The position numbers were made by a program, and so were the translations under genes. Shown one piece after another: positions 38,758-52,299 of a stretch of DNA of 64,000 nucleotides. The notes beneath the pieces are model-generated. The model saw only the letters and a program-made list of their open reading frames with translations. It was not told where the DNA came from and did no database searches. Each line of letters starts with the position of its first letter. Position 1 is the first letter of the stretch. Source of the DNA: Octopus vulgaris (lineage: Eukaryota); assembly GCA_951406725.2 (NCBI GenBank), contig OX597821.1, positions 98,952,001 through 99,016,000 on the forward strand, in the 5' to 3' direction.

Positions 38758-39425
38758 AATATGGTTGAATATTAAAATGACTAAGAGCAAAGGAAATATT
38801 TTATAACATTAAGTTTGGCAGCTTCAATATTGAACTGAAATACCCACTGAATCAACTTGATGTTTTAATTCTTCTGAAATCGATAAAATACAGTTGTGAT
38901 TTAATCGACTTCAGAATCTCGGTCTAATTAGAAGAAATTAACTGCGATCAAAGAATATGTAACTGAGATGCAAAATTGACTCTAAATATTAAATACATAT
39001 TATTAATTATGGACATCACGAGTTATTCTGTCAAGCTTTTGTTTTCTTTTACAAATTATATTTCTCCGTTACGAATAATTTTTATAATTACATTGCTGCA
39101 GATTTTGTCAATACTAAACCACTTTCAAACATCGCATTTGTCAAGAAACTCTGAGTAACAAAGTGAATCCTCAGCTTCGAACAAACAATAAAATCTTTCC
39201 TCCTCTTTGTGCATCCAAACGAGTATATTATTATATACATTATATACATACACACACCGACACAGCAAATACAGACACAGTCGCGAGCACACATACACAC
39301 ACTAATACACATAACGGATTTCCCGCCTTCATAAGCTGTGCATTTTTGTTGCGATTTATCCCTAGAAGATCATTTTCAGGAATGGAATTTATCGGTTTGG
39401 TTCTGATCACATATACAAACCTATA

Positions 39426-39660
39426 TATTTCTTTACTACCCACAAGGGGCCTAAACACAGAGAGGACAAACAAGGGCAGACAAACGGATTAAGTCGATTA
39501 TATCGACCCCAGTGCGTAACTGGTACTTAATTTATCGATCCCGAAAGGATGAAAGGCAAAGTCGACCTCGGCGGAATTTAAACTCAGAACGTAACGACAG
39601 ACGAAATACGGCTACGCATTTCGCCCGGCGTGCTAACGTTTCTGCCAGCTCGCCGCCTTT
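39426..39660 (-). mobile_element. Full-length SINE family B with 17-bp TSD
   Basis: TSD acatatacaaacctata at 39409-39425 and 39661-39677. Confidence 0.9.
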
Positions 39661-40109
39661 ACATATACAAACCTATAGTTAAAATTCACCTGTAAAAATA
39701 TATTCAAATACAATGATTACAATATTTATTAGTTTTATAATGCAATGATGTATTTGTAATATATTGAAGCAATTTGATTTTTGATTATTTTATGTTGAAT
39801 CAGCAATAATAATGCCTCACATACCATTTATAGACAGGCTAAAGTACTATCGAATTATATGCGATCTTTTAGTAGCCAGTTTAGTTATTCAGCTGACAAT
39901 AAGTTTCTATGACATTTTCGCCGAAGATGACTTTGCCTTTCAACCTTTCGAGATCGATAAAATAAATATCAGTTGGGCTCGATGTAATCGACTTACCCCC
40001 TCTCTCGAACTTACTGGTCTTGTGCCAAAATTTGAAACCAATTTGTGTTAAGGAATATAAAGGTGTGCCACGGTCATTCTTGCAAGCTAAGAATGTAATT
40101 ATATATATA

Positions 40110-40762
40110 CCGAGGTTGGACAAAATAATGGAAACACCTAGCATCATAATTTTGAAATATCTATAAAACCGTCAAAAGCTTGTTTATTTTTAGGCTTTTT
40201 TATTATTAGTGTTGCTTAATGTTTTGCGCTAAAATTGTTGTTTCTTTTCAGATATCATCAGAACAAAGGTAATTAAAATTCATTAAAATGACAGATCTAT
40301 CGGACTTTCAAAGAGGTCAAATTGTTGGTGATCGTATGGCTGGCGCTAGCGTAACGAAAACAGCCGAAATGTTTGATGTATCAAGAAGTACTCTCTCAAA
40401 AGTAAAGAAAGAGGGAAAAACCTCGTCGAAACAAAATTCCAGAAAGAAACCAACATTTTCAGATTGGGACCATCGGACTCTTACGCGAATTGTTAGAAAG
40501 GATCACAAAAGTACAGCTCCCAAAATTACTGCAGAACTTAATAACCACCTCGAGAACCCAGTTTCCACAAAAACTGTTCGCCAGGAGCTGCACAAAGCCG
40601 GATTTCACGGGAGGGCTGCAATCAGAAAACTACTACTTTCAAAAACAAACGTTACAAAGCGTTTAGAGTGGAGTAAAAACTTACAGAATTAGTCCCTAGA
40701 GCAGTGGAAGAATATTATTTTCTCGGACGAGTCATCCTTTACCTTATTTCCGACCACCAGCT
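40110..40762 (+). mobile_element. Tc1-like transposon, 5' half (paired-like HTH to first catalytic D)
   Basis: TA|ccgaggttggacaaaataatggaaacacc terminus; ORF 40288-40692 DLSDFQRGQIVG..VSTKTVRQELHKAG; read-through QWKNIIFSDESSF. Confidence 0.9.
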
Positions 40763-41784
40763 GACAGGAAAAGCATTGCTAGAAAGATTTTGAGGATATG
40801 CTTGATCAGAGATGACATGGGATTAAGTGAGAAATAACTGATTATAGTTTTGATCTGCTACCATTGATTGACTATACGTAGATATATATTGGTACCATTT
40901 TCATTTTCATATCTAGCTTATTTTAATTCTGAGATCATTGTATTTTGAAGTGGCTTATTGAAGCAAAATAAAAGAATAAAAATGCTGAATAATGGCAAAA
41001 ATGAAAGTAGTCTCGTGTTCAATTTTGCTGGCAGAACAAGGAGATATGTAGCTCACGATATGTAACAATTAGTTCTTATAAAATAAAAGAATAAAAAATA
41101 TCTGCTTAAGCCAGTTAGAATTAAATCAATTAACTCAACTATAATATGCACACCAATATGTTAATTTTAATTAGAGCTAGAATCAAGTCTTACTCTTTTC
41201 CATTAAACTGGGTATGCAAGTATAAATTCGTAGTATTGTGTTCAAATATGTTCGAGAAAATATTCAATTAATGGTAGAGGATCAATTCTATATTTTTATG
41301 CATACTGTGGGAATTGTTTAGTCTCATATCAAACCTGATAAATCAGAGGCACAATATTTCTAGGTTTTCAGGTTATAGCCTCCTTGTCGTAATGCGTTCT
41401 TCTTGCTTAGAGATGACATCGTGTGATCTGGGATACATTTAGCTACTATTTCTAGAAGTCAAGCAATCACACAGGAGCTTAATCATTGGCTCAATATTCT
41501 GACAGTTCTTTCTGATTTTGATACGATAATTCTATTTGGCAGAAAAATCATTTCTGATTTGCATTACACTGATTAGAATGAAAGTTGTCAACACGTTAAT
41601 GTTATTGTGACCAGTTATGTTTATAATTACTGAATTATGCGTACTAACGATAATAGTTGAATAGTATTCGAATAGTAGCGTGCTCCCTAAATTTTATTGT
41701 CTAGCAGTAGAAGCAGTAAAAGAAGGACGAATAAGAGGAAGAGGAAGGGGTGAAGAAGGAGAAGGAGATGCAGGAGGAGGAAAG

Positions 41785-41860
41785 GAAGAAGAAGAAGAAG
41801 AAGAAGAAGAAGAAGAAGAAGAAGAAGAAGAAGAAGAAGAAGAAGAAGAAGAAGAAGAAG
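41785..41860. repeat. (GAA)n microsatellite
   Basis: Seen directly. Confidence 0.95.
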
Positions 41861-42817
41861 ATACGTTGATTGTTGAAGCACTTCTGGTGTCCCAGAAATA
41901 GATGTTTTAGTGGAGCACTAAGTTTGTCATTGCTATAATTATCGTTTTCAAATTTCTAAAGATTTACTGAATCGAGAGAAACGTGTTCAAACGCAAAGCA
42001 GTGATGCAGAAGAAACAGAGAGCAAGATATTTCATAGAAACTAATGTAGGTCGCACGTGTAAACCCTCGCTTTAGTTAGGATGACGAGAGCCTGAGGGAT
42101 GCAAGAAGCAAGGCCTACAACACTAAGTATAAGCGAGAGACAGGACACAGCCGACTGCTGAAGGTTTCTATGAAAAGTAATTGAACTGCACACCTATCTG
42201 TTTGACATCTTCTTTGACACTATTGTGTCCTAATGGAAGTGCAATACTGTTCATATTTTAAAACGATGCCTGGAAATGGGACAGAATTAAATTATGTCCC
42301 AGCAACTACTTTTCCTACATTTAACCGTGGTAAAAATTATTTTAAATTTTGTCGGTTACCGAAAGAAGCAATAGTGACAATGGGAATGTATGTTGAATTA
42401 TAAAACATTATAAGTGTGAAAAATACATTTCCTTTTTCTTATTTTTTTTCATTGTTATTTTTGTTGTTTTGTTACAATTATTCTAAATCTAAGTACATCT
42501 GTTTGGTTGCACTACAATTGTGAGAGACAAACTGACTGTCTTCAAAGTTCGTTGGCTTCAATGAACATCGTAATTAATTTTGTTTTCATTCCTCCTGAAT
42601 CGATAACATAACTACCAGTAATATACTTTGGTTTTCTATACGAATACAGCCTCTTCACTTACAAAAAGACTTTTTACCTACACAAAAAATAGTCACCATC
42701 ATCATCATCATTATTATTATGAGTTTAAATCCCGCCGAGGTCGACTTTGCCTTTCATCCTTCCGAGACTGATAAAATATGTACCAGTCAAGTACTGAGGT
42801 CGATGTAATCGACTAGC

Positions 42818-43515
42818 AGATCTTTTCTGTTTGGGTGCACCTGTGGAAATTTAAAGTTTAGTGGAAATTTTAAAATTCGATGTATTAATGTAATTTTCCA
42901 CGCTGAATCTCAGGGGCTAATTCACCTTTTCCGGAAAATTCTTTTTTTAAAGTTACAAAGGTTTAAAGTTTGATCATTTTTACCCAGTCAGAAAACAGGA
43001 TTTGGGGGCTGTTCTTTTGTGCGTGACTGCATGTTTTATCAACTGCAAACAAATTGGCGGGATTCTGCTTTACGCATGCTATATAATCCCTCATAACTTA
43101 TTTATTTTTTGGAATTTTCAGAATTTTTTTTTGCAGATTTGTATTTTATACACAGGAATTCATACGATTGTGAAAGAAAAAATTGGTGTGCGATTTAAGA
43201 CCTATTTAGCAAATATGTTTAGCACATCTCATGACCACCTGTGTTTTAAGCATTTAATAAGAGAAAAATGACCACGTGGGCAAGCAGCTCCGCAACAATT
43301 GAAACTGGTAACTATGTCACTGGCTTTCGATTGGTTAAAATTACCAAAAATTCGCAAACTTTAAAAGCTATTAACTCTTTATTTATTTATTTATGGTGAA
43401 AATAAATTTCCTGTCAATGATTACCATATAAAACTACATCAACACATCCAATATGAAATCAATTGGTACAAAAAAATTGAAGAAATTAAATGTGGAAGCC
43501 AAACAGTAAAGATCT
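42818..43515. mobile_element. Non-autonomous TIR DNA transposon (~700 bp), superfamily undetermined
   Basis: TIRs agatcttttctgtttgg / ccaaacagtaaagatct. Confidence 0.6.
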
Positions 43516-43559
43516 TGACTATCCTCATCCTCCAAATTTTGAAGCCTACAGCAGAAGGG

Positions 43560-43602
43560 ATTATTATTAATATTATTGTTATTATTATTGTTGTTGTTGT
43601 GG

Positions 43603-43685
<83 letters not shown>

Positions 43686-43710
43686 ATTGTTGTTGTTGTT
43701 GTTATTATTG
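43560..43710. repeat. (GTT)n/(ATT)n microsatellite
   Basis: Seen directly. Confidence 0.95.
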
Positions 43711-44190
43711 AGGTGGCGAGACGACAGAATCGTCAGCACGCCGGACAAAATGCTTAGCGGCATTTCGTCCGTCTTTGCGTTCTGAGTTCAAATGCTACCA
43801 GGGCCGTCTTTGCCTTTCATCCTTTCAGGGTCGATTAAAATAAGTACCAGTTGAATATTGAGGTCAATATAATCGATTACCCCCACTCCATTAAAATTGC
43901 TGACCTTGTACCAAAATTGAAACCATTATTATTATTATTATTTCGTCCGTCTTTACGTCCTGAGCTCAAATTCCGCTTGGTCAACTTAGCCTTTCATCTT
44001 CATCCTTTGGAGGTCGATGAAGTAAGTACCAGGTATCGCTGGGGTCGATGCAATCGACTAGCCTCCTCCCTTTGTGCCTATAATAGAAAGGATTATTGTT
44101 ATTATTACTGCCGAGTTGAAGCCTGGGGTCGATGTAATCGACTTAACCCCTTCCCCGAACCTGCTGGCTTTGTGCCTAAATTTGAAACTA
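43711..44190 (+). mobile_element. Tandem SINE family B copies/fragments separated by (TTA)n
   Basis: ggtggcgagacgacagaatcgtcagcacgccgg...gagttcaaat...gcctttcatcctttcagggtcga, repeated. Confidence 0.8.
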
Positions 44191-45054
44191 TTATTACTAC
44201 TGAGTGTAGCGGGAGAAATGGCAATGGTTTGCTTCGTTAATTTACTTATTTAATTCTAATAAAAGCAGGATTCCTCATGGCAGGGTCAATTAAATTAATT
44301 ATCAACATCTCACAACCTGCATTTTCTACTCCTTTACGGCTTTTTTTTTTTTTAATGAAGCTGCAAAAATTCCCGATTCTCAAATTGAACGTCACAACTT
44401 GCCGTAGAGTAGCTTTAATTAGAAGTAATTATTTTATTATAATTTGTAGGAATGGAAACACGTGAAAATATGCCATTATGTAGCTTTCTCTTTTATTTTA
44501 CTCTTGGGTCGTCAATATCTACAATATTATACCAATAATGATCCACCGCGTAGCTTGCCTTAATATTTCAGTAAAATATCTCAATACGCAAAGTAAATGT
44601 ATAAGATGACGTTTCGTTCATAAAATTAGAAATGTAGTCAATTCTGATATTTCATGACATTAAAAACGGTATGTTAATGAACATTCATCGGGTTTTATAC
44701 TCATAAAAACATGGGAACTGTAAATGTAAACACTAAAGCATAAAGCATATTGGCATATAAATAAATATCTAGTGTACAGTAACATTCGTTATATATCCAA
44801 GTGACGCCTATAAATATATAAAGCTCAATTGCATATGTTCAGTAGACATTACTGGATACAATTCAATGAGGTGAAATTATAATATAGATACATGTATTTT
44901 CAGAAAAATATCAAGTAAATAATCTGGTGACATTTTCCCTTTTACAGATGTGTTGTTATTAAATGTGACATGAACAACTGCTGGCCTAAAAGTATTTAGT
45001 GTATGCAAAGTAGTTTAGTATAACATTTTAGCGTGATTATATGTGTTGGTGTGT

Positions 45055-45074
45055 GTGTCTATCTGTCTGTTTGC

Positions 45075-45167
<93 letters not shown>

Positions 45168-45215
45168 AGTCTGTCTATCTATCTATCTGTCTGATTAGCT
45201 ATCTATCTGTTTGTT

Positions 45216-45271
<56 letters not shown>

Positions 45272-45279
45272 AAACACAC

Positions 45280-45345
<66 letters not shown>

Positions 45346-45364
45346 ACGCACACACACATACACT
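45055..45364. repeat. Compound (TCTA)n-(TC)n-(CA)n microsatellite
   Basis: Seen directly. Confidence 0.95.
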
Positions 45365-45763
45365 TATTGGCAGTTTCACATGATGAGCGAGTGGCGAAGC
45401 TATCTGTTTCTATTCGTGACTACTTAGCACACAAAAAAAAAGTTCACATTTAGCGCAAGGCACGCAGCTAATGATGGGCGCACGTGTACGTGTGTGTATA
45501 TGTGTGTTTGCGCGTCTTGACAGACGGTTTCGTTACAAATAGCTAAATTCCCCGAATAAAATATTTGTTGAAAGATATATGTCACACGTTAAAGGCACCA
45601 CCGAAGAGATTCATAATTACCTTCTCTAAACTTATAGAGTATAAGACATTAGTCACTGGTTAACATCTACCAGAAAGTATCCATGTATATTCACACAGTC
45701 ATACGTATGCAGGCACACAGATAAAAACACATGCACAGACTAAAATACAACGTTTCGATAGAA

Positions 45764-45946
45764 CTCTCTTTACTCTTTTACTCTTTTACTTGTTTCAGTC
45801 ATTTGACTGTGGCCATGCTGGAGCACCGCCTTTAGTCGAGCAAATCGACCCCAGGACTTATCCTTTGGAAGCCTAGTACTTATTCTATCGGTCTTTTTTG
45901 CCGAACCGCTAAGTTACTGGGACGTAAACACACCAGCATCGGTTGT

Positions 45947-45994
<48 letters not shown>

Positions 45995-46169
45995 CACATA
46001 TATACGACGGGCTTCTTTCAGTTTCCGTCTACCAAATCCACTCACAAGGCTTTGGTCGGCCCGAGGCTATAGTAGAAGACACTTGCCCAAGGTACCACGC
46101 AGTGGGACTGAACCCGGGACCATGTGGTTGGTAAGCATGCTACTTACCACGCAGCCACTCCTACGCCTA
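45764..46169 (-). mobile_element. Full-length SINE family A flanked by a ~100-bp direct duplication
   Basis: Family match; flanks 45666-45765 and 46180-46282 are near-identical. Confidence 0.9.
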
Positions 46170-46289
46170 TATGTAAAGAATCTACCAGAAAGTATACATG
46201 TATATTCACACACAGTCATATGTATGCAGGCACACAGATACAAATACACGCACAGACTAAAATACAACGTTTCGATAGAACTGATGCCA

Positions 46290-46609
46290 ATTATATACCA
46301 GATTTAAAGACCATGGACTACTATATTTGGAACATCGTTGAAAGGGAGACAGCATTGCTTCACTGAAAGCCGCCATTGTCCATGTGATGTTCGAAATGAA
46401 TAAGGATCATTTTTTGCAGGTATGTCAACGAATTCTGGTCCCGCATTGAAACAGTCATCAAATCCGAAGGTGGATTCTTCATACGTAGATCTTAAAAGAA
46501 AGCTTATCGCGAACATGAGCACACATTGTTATTAAAATGAATATCGTTTTTTACTAAAATAGAACTAATTCAGGTAATTACTTAATGTGTACTCAAAAAC
46601 TTTTCGCAC

Positions 46610-46613
<4 letters not shown>
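46290..46613 (+). mobile_element. Tc1/mariner-superfamily transposase 3' relic
   Basis: PDLKTMDYYIWNIVERE (SPDLNPxD-type motif); terminus ..cgcaccctg. Confidence 0.6.
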
Positions 46614-46657
<44 letters not shown>

Positions 46658-46990
46658 TGTTTGTGTGTGTTTGTGTGTGCATGCGTGCGTGCATGTGCGT
46701 GTGTGTGTGTGTGTGCGTGCGTGAGTGTGTGTGTGTTTGTGTGTGTGTGTGTGCATGCGTGCGTGCATGTGCGTGTGTGTGTGTGTGTGTTTGTTTGTTT
46801 GTGTGTGTGCTTGTGCGTGCATGTGTGCGTGCATGTGTGCGTGTGTGTGTATGTATGTGTGTGTTTGTGTGTTTGTTTATGTGTGTGCTTGTGCGTGCAT
46901 GCGTGCGTGCATGTGTGCGTGTGTTTGTTTGTGTGTGTGCTTGTGTGTGCATGCGTGCGTGCATGTGTGCGTGTGTGTGTGTGTGAGCGC
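46612..46990. repeat. Compound (TG)n/(TGCG)n microsatellite
   Basis: Seen directly; source of many spurious ORFs. Confidence 0.95.
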
Positions 46991-47011
46991 GTGTAATTCC
47001 AGAGAAAATAT

Positions 47012-47425
47012 CTGTCCGACACTCGCATCCCAAAACAGCTCTTCTACGGTGAACTCGGCTAGGGCAGGCGCAAAGTCGGAGGGCAGAAGAAGCGCTACAA
47101 GGATAGTCTCAAGGTCTCTCTCAAAGACTTCTCCATCGGAACAGAGACCTGGGAGACACTTGCTGCCAACCGCTCATCCTGGCGCAGCGCAATCACCGTG
47201 GGAGCAGGGACAGCCGAGGAGGGACGGATTCGGTCAGCGGAGCAGAAACGTCAGATGCGTAAAGCCAGAGCCGCCTGCACCAGTAGCACGGCCCCTACCC
47301 ACTTCTGCCCCACCTGTGGGAAGGGCTTCCTTGCCCGGATTGGCCTCACCAGCCACCTCAGGTCTCATGGCGGCAGTTCCATCAGATGATGTCAGTTGGT
47401 CATCTTCGAACCGAAGGACGAACAT
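47012..47425 (+). mobile_element. GC-rich RTE-clade LINE 3' end with C-terminal C2H2 finger
   Basis: DTRIPKQLFYGELG*GRRKVGGQKKRYKDSLK..WETLAANRSSWR..CPTCGKGFLARIGLTSHLRSH; tail tcatcttcgaaccgaaggacgaac. Confidence 0.85.
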
Positions 47426-47539
47426 TATTATCTGGAGACACAAGGAATCAAGGCACAATGGGCCAAGCTGCTCGGGAATGCGAACTTCGGATATACCATT
47501 GTGATATAGCTTTGTTATCGTCACTCATGAGAATTCTAA

Positions 47540-48100
47540 TTGAGAAGGGCATCAAACAAACACACCATCTCTCCAAGGCTCAGCATGTTTACAAATGGTC
47601 ATCGGTGAAATTAACTGGACAAAGACATTGACTGGATAGGTGATGTCATTTCCGATTTGTAGACACCGTACTCATCGTCAAAACCATCGATAACTTGTAA
47701 ACCATGCAGAAAGAAATGGACACTCATATCTTAGCAGTAAATCCTAAGATGAACTGCATGAAAACAAAATACAAGCGGTGCAAAAACGTAGAAGTGGGAA
47801 GCGATAAGGTAAAGGAACACATCTATTTTGGGTATACATTGAATATGTGCCGAGATACAGTCTCAATGAGAGCAAGGGGAGAATAGAAGGGGTTTACTTC
47901 TACGTGCTGAAAGCAAAGCTGGACAAGACCTTACATGTTAAATCTCTTCGATGGCACCGTCCTTCCTTCGTTATTATACGTGCGGGAGTTATAGGCTACA
48001 ACGAAATGTGAATAACATCGATGGGTTACAACGCAAAGGACCATGGAAAGACCTAGGAATATGATTTCGAGAGCGTATCCGAAATGAAGTAATTCGAGAA
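47540..48100 (+). mobile_element. Degenerate RTE RT relic (related to the 36653 family)
   Basis: VKEHIYFG, LFDGTVLPSLLYV, TTQRTMER. Confidence 0.6.
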
Positions 48101-48268
48101 TAGAATCTCAACTGAGTTCAACATTTCCGTTGTTATGTCATCTATTCCTGGATTTTATCCGCTTTAAAGCCTTCACTGACCAGACTATGTATAAGGTTTC
48201 ACATATCTTTTCCATTTACCTTTCCTCCCGTGAACCCGTCTTTGTTCTTGAGTGCTGTCTTCTTTATA

Positions 48269-49028
48269 TTAGGTTGTTTCACGTGAAATATCGCATTTTT
48301 AATTATTTGTTATTTCAGTCATTTAAAAATTCAATTTTGTATACCTTGCACTTAATCTTGACTGCTTTTCTTTCCCAACAATTTTGGTATACAAAATTCG
48401 TACCCACAGACCTTATGAAAATGATAACAACCAAACTATGTTGAGTGATTTTCTCGTATGAGTACAAACTGGGTCACTCTACCGCAGGCGCTCCACCGAG
48501 TATCAAGCGGGCCTTTGGTAATGGTTTTGTTGACATCAGAACTGTTCAAAGATGGTTCCAAAACTCTCGCTCAGGAGATGACAGCTTTGAAAATAAACCA
48601 AGGGGTACGCCAAAATCAGTTAATTGGCATTATGGATTAAATGCTTTGGTTGAACAAAATCTGAGAACAAAGGTTCGAAAACTTTCATTAGAACTCCAAA
48701 CATCTCGCTCAACTGTTTTTGGACACATGTAAAAAATCGGAAAAGTCAAGAAAACAGATTGGTTTGTTCCACATCAACTGAGCGAGATTGTGACTTATTT
48801 AAGCATTTTGAACTTTTCATGAGCAATAAAACATTCTTAAATAGAGAAGAGGTAATTGAAGTAGTAAAAGACGAATTGTTTTAAAGATGGAATATATGAC
48901 ATAGAGAAACGTTGCGTAAACTTCATAAATGAACATGGATCATTCTTTGATTAAATAAATCAGTTCAATAACACTTCTGAAACATTTTATTGTTACCTTT
49001 CAAATACATTTCATATGAAACAAGCTAA
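48269..49028 (+). mobile_element. Internally deleted mariner element with both TIRs and TA TSD
   Basis: TIRs ttaggttgtttcacgtgaaat / atttcatatgaaacaagctaa; YEYKLGHS..RTVQRWF..SGDDSFENKPRG; FVPHQL (WVPHEL-like). Confidence 0.9.
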
Positions 49029-49111
49029 TATATTACGCTGTGTCTCTCCTGCATCTCTTTAAAATGTTTCATCTCTCCTGCAGCCTACAATAACTTCTTA
49101 AGTCTATAGTT

Positions 49112-49335
49112 ACTCTTACTCTTTTACTCTTTTACTTGTTTCAGTCATTTGACTGCGGCCATGCTGGAGCACCGCCTTTAGTCGAGCAAATCGACCCCGG
49201 GACTTATTCTTTGTAAACCTAGTACTTATTCTATCGGTTTCTTTTACCGAACCGCTAAGTTACGGGGACGTAAACACACCAGCATCGGTTGTCAAGCAAT
49301 GCTAGGGAGACAAACACAGACACACAAACACATAT

Positions 49336-49366
<31 letters not shown>

Positions 49367-49539
49367 CATATATACGACAAGCTTCTTTCAGTTTCCGTCT
49401 ACCAAATCCACTCACAAGGCATTGGTCGGCCCGGGGCTATAGCAGACGACACTTGCCCAAGATGCCACGCAGTGGGACTGAACCCGGAACCATGTGGTTG
49501 GTTAGCAAGCTACTTACCACACAGCCACTCCTGCGCCTA
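49112..49539 (-). mobile_element. Full-length SINE family A
   Basis: Family match from aggcgcaggagtggctgtgtggtaag to the (aaaagagt)n tail. Confidence 0.9.
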
Positions 49540-50074
49540 TTTTTCTCGATTTTTCTTTCAAAATGTTGTCTCATAAACCTTGCAAAGAACAGAATACTGA
49601 AAACCTTCATAGTCTTCCGTATCTCTAACATTGTCTTTGTTTTCTGTTCGGAAGGGTCTCGGTTAACAGTTCTTGCTTCTCACATGCAAATTTTCATTAT
49701 CTGGATCGGTGAATCAAATTATTCAAGCTAACTCCAGATTTCCTTCGTAATAATATTCCAGAGATGCGTCTAATCAAAGGCAACGATACGTTGGTTCTTC
49801 ATCAAGATGCTCAGTGCCTCTTTCCCTTTCATCTCATCGATGACGATCTTTGCCCGTATCAAATTATGATTGCTTCAAGCGTTGAATGGACAAACAACTT
49901 AGACGTCTTCAAGTCTGGCATAGGTTTTATGGTAGGTAAAGAATGAGCATTGAAAATTGTATCCTTAAAGAGGTGTGTGGAGGACACGAACATTACGAAT
50001 CTTAACTGTGTTCAATTGACCTGTGTTATCTGCCAGTTTATATTAATGCTAACAAGTCTTTTGAAACGTGCTAT

Positions 50075-50576
50075 ATACATATACATACATACATACATAC
50101 ATACATACATACATACATACATACATACATACATACACATACATACATACATACATACATGCATGCATACATACATACATACATACATACATACATACAT
50201 ACCCATGAAATTCCAATGAAGGAGCCTTGGATCTAGGTTAGAAACCGCTTCTTTCTTTATTTGCAAGAAATCTTGATACAAACTGAATAATGCATGTACA
50301 GTGCTCAGTGCACACAACTCATCATACATACATACATACATACATACATACATACATACATACATGTTTCCGAAAGTCATGGGAGCTGTATTGTTTTCTG
50401 ACTTTGTAGGCATGTCCACGTGTGTTAGACACATGGAGATACATACATACATAGATACATACATACATACATACATACATACATACATACATACATACAT
50501 ACATACACATACACACACACACACACATACATACATACATACATACATACATACATACATACATACATACATACAT
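50075..50576. repeat. (TACA)n microsatellite blocks with short inserts
   Basis: Seen directly. Confidence 0.9.
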
Positions 50577-52250
50577 AAAGGATCAACATACCTTCTACCA
50601 AAAACTGAAGACTCACAAAATCCAAAGAACTACCGGCCAATAACATGTTTCAACACCACCTGCAAGATCATCACATCCATACTAACTAAAAGAATATACG
50701 CTTTCCCTTAACAGAAGTCTATATTTCCACTCTCAAACGAACTGAATAGCACCAGGTATGGGTTAAACGTGTATAATACTACAATAAACCATTCTATTCT
50801 ATATGGACGATCTGAATCTGTTTGCTAGAAATGACGAAGAGTCATTTAACAACCGTTAAAGAGTTTAGCAATTACATCGGGATGGGTTTTGGCCTTGATA
50901 AGTGTGCTAAAGCAACTTTTGTAAGAGGCATTCTCAGGCAAACAGCTGCCATTTAATTAGATACCGACGCTATCATCAAGGAGCTTGACCCACAAGAAAT
51001 TTAGAAATACCTGGAGGTAAACGAGGGAGATGGTATTGAACATGCTACTATGAAAGAAAAACTAAGAAAAATAAGACTCATACTAAAAACTGAACTCAAC
51101 TTCAAAAATCGCATCGAAGCCGTTAACACCTTGGCACTTCTAGTAGTCCAATATAGTTTTAACATCATTAACTGGAATCTTACAGAGCTCCAACGCCTGG
51201 ACAGAAAGACAAGAAAACTACTAACATTTAAGAACATGCCCCAGCCAAAAGCAGATGTTGATCGTCTGTCCCTACCTAGAAGTATTGGGTGAAGATGAAT
51301 GATGCAGGGAGAACTGTACTATAAGACCTACACAATAGCAATGAACAAGTACTTATCTAGTACAGAGGACTGGGTGTTTGTGTGCAAACAAGAAAGCAGC
51401 AAAAATGTCACATTCTATTGTCAAGGAAGCTTGCAAATTCTCAAGAGAACTCGGCATTAACCCTGAATTAAATGAGGAGCCTGAAACCACTGCCACAAAA
51501 CAAGCAAAATGGATCAAGCAGACTGTAAAAAAGAACGGGCAGGAGCAAATTGAAGAACGGTTGATCTAGTAGCCTCAGCATGGACAGTATATACTTCGTA
51601 GTCGAAATGCTGATGTAGACCAAGCAACAATCCATCAGTAGCTGAGATGTTCAGGACTGAAAGCAGGGACTGAAGGTTTCATATTGGCAGCACAAGATCA
51701 AAGTTTGCTTACCAAACATTACCAGGCTAACGTTCTTCAAAACGATTCTGACACTAGATTCTGCGACACATCTGACGAAACAATATATCATTTTGTCTTG
51801 GGATGTCCTGTGTTGATACCAAACGAATTTAGAAATCGCCACGATAGGGTAGGACAGTATTTACATTGGAAAATATGTAAACTCTACAAAATCAGAACTC
51901 CTGCTTATTGGTATAAACATTATCCTGAGTCAGTCGTTGAAGGTAAAATTGTCTCTATCCTCTGGGATTTTCCAGTCAACATTGACAAAACGATCCAGGA
52001 TAATCGACCTGCCATAATTGACAAGGAAGAAAATACATGTAGACTAATAGATGTAAGTGTTCCCACTGATAAAAATATATCTGTAAAGGAATTTGACAAA
52101 CTAAGTAAATATAAGGACCTGGAAATTGAAACTCAAAAGATGTGGCATTTTAAAGCGAGAACTGTTCCTATTATTGGAGGTGCCCTAGACATGATAAAAA
52201 AAAAACGGATGTCAGAAACATCTAGATAAGATCCCAGGAGAACCATATTG
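50577..52250 (+). mobile_element. R4/Dong-like retrotransposon relic (RT to RLE), internally deleted
   Basis: NPKNYRPITC, FYMDDL, FGLDKCAK, KYLEV, DVDRLSLPRSIG, AAQDQSLLT, RHDRVGQYLHW, LWDF, LIDVSVP, KLSKYKDL. Confidence 0.9.
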
Positions 52251-52299
52251 GTAGAGTATCGTTTACTGGGGTAAATTAAGCAGCTTTATCTAAATGATA

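Noticed and set aside
46565-47504. Long His/Thr or Cys/Val-rich ORFs (also at 19015, 50012 and 41680, and poly-I/N/Y/L ORFs)
   Set aside because: Translations of microsatellites.
49560-49950. Very degenerate RT relic on the minus strand (AFD..LWNI)
   Set aside because: Too few motifs to annotate with confidence.
50205-50250. HHR-like ccaatga..gaaacc
   Set aside because: Core and stems too degenerate to call.
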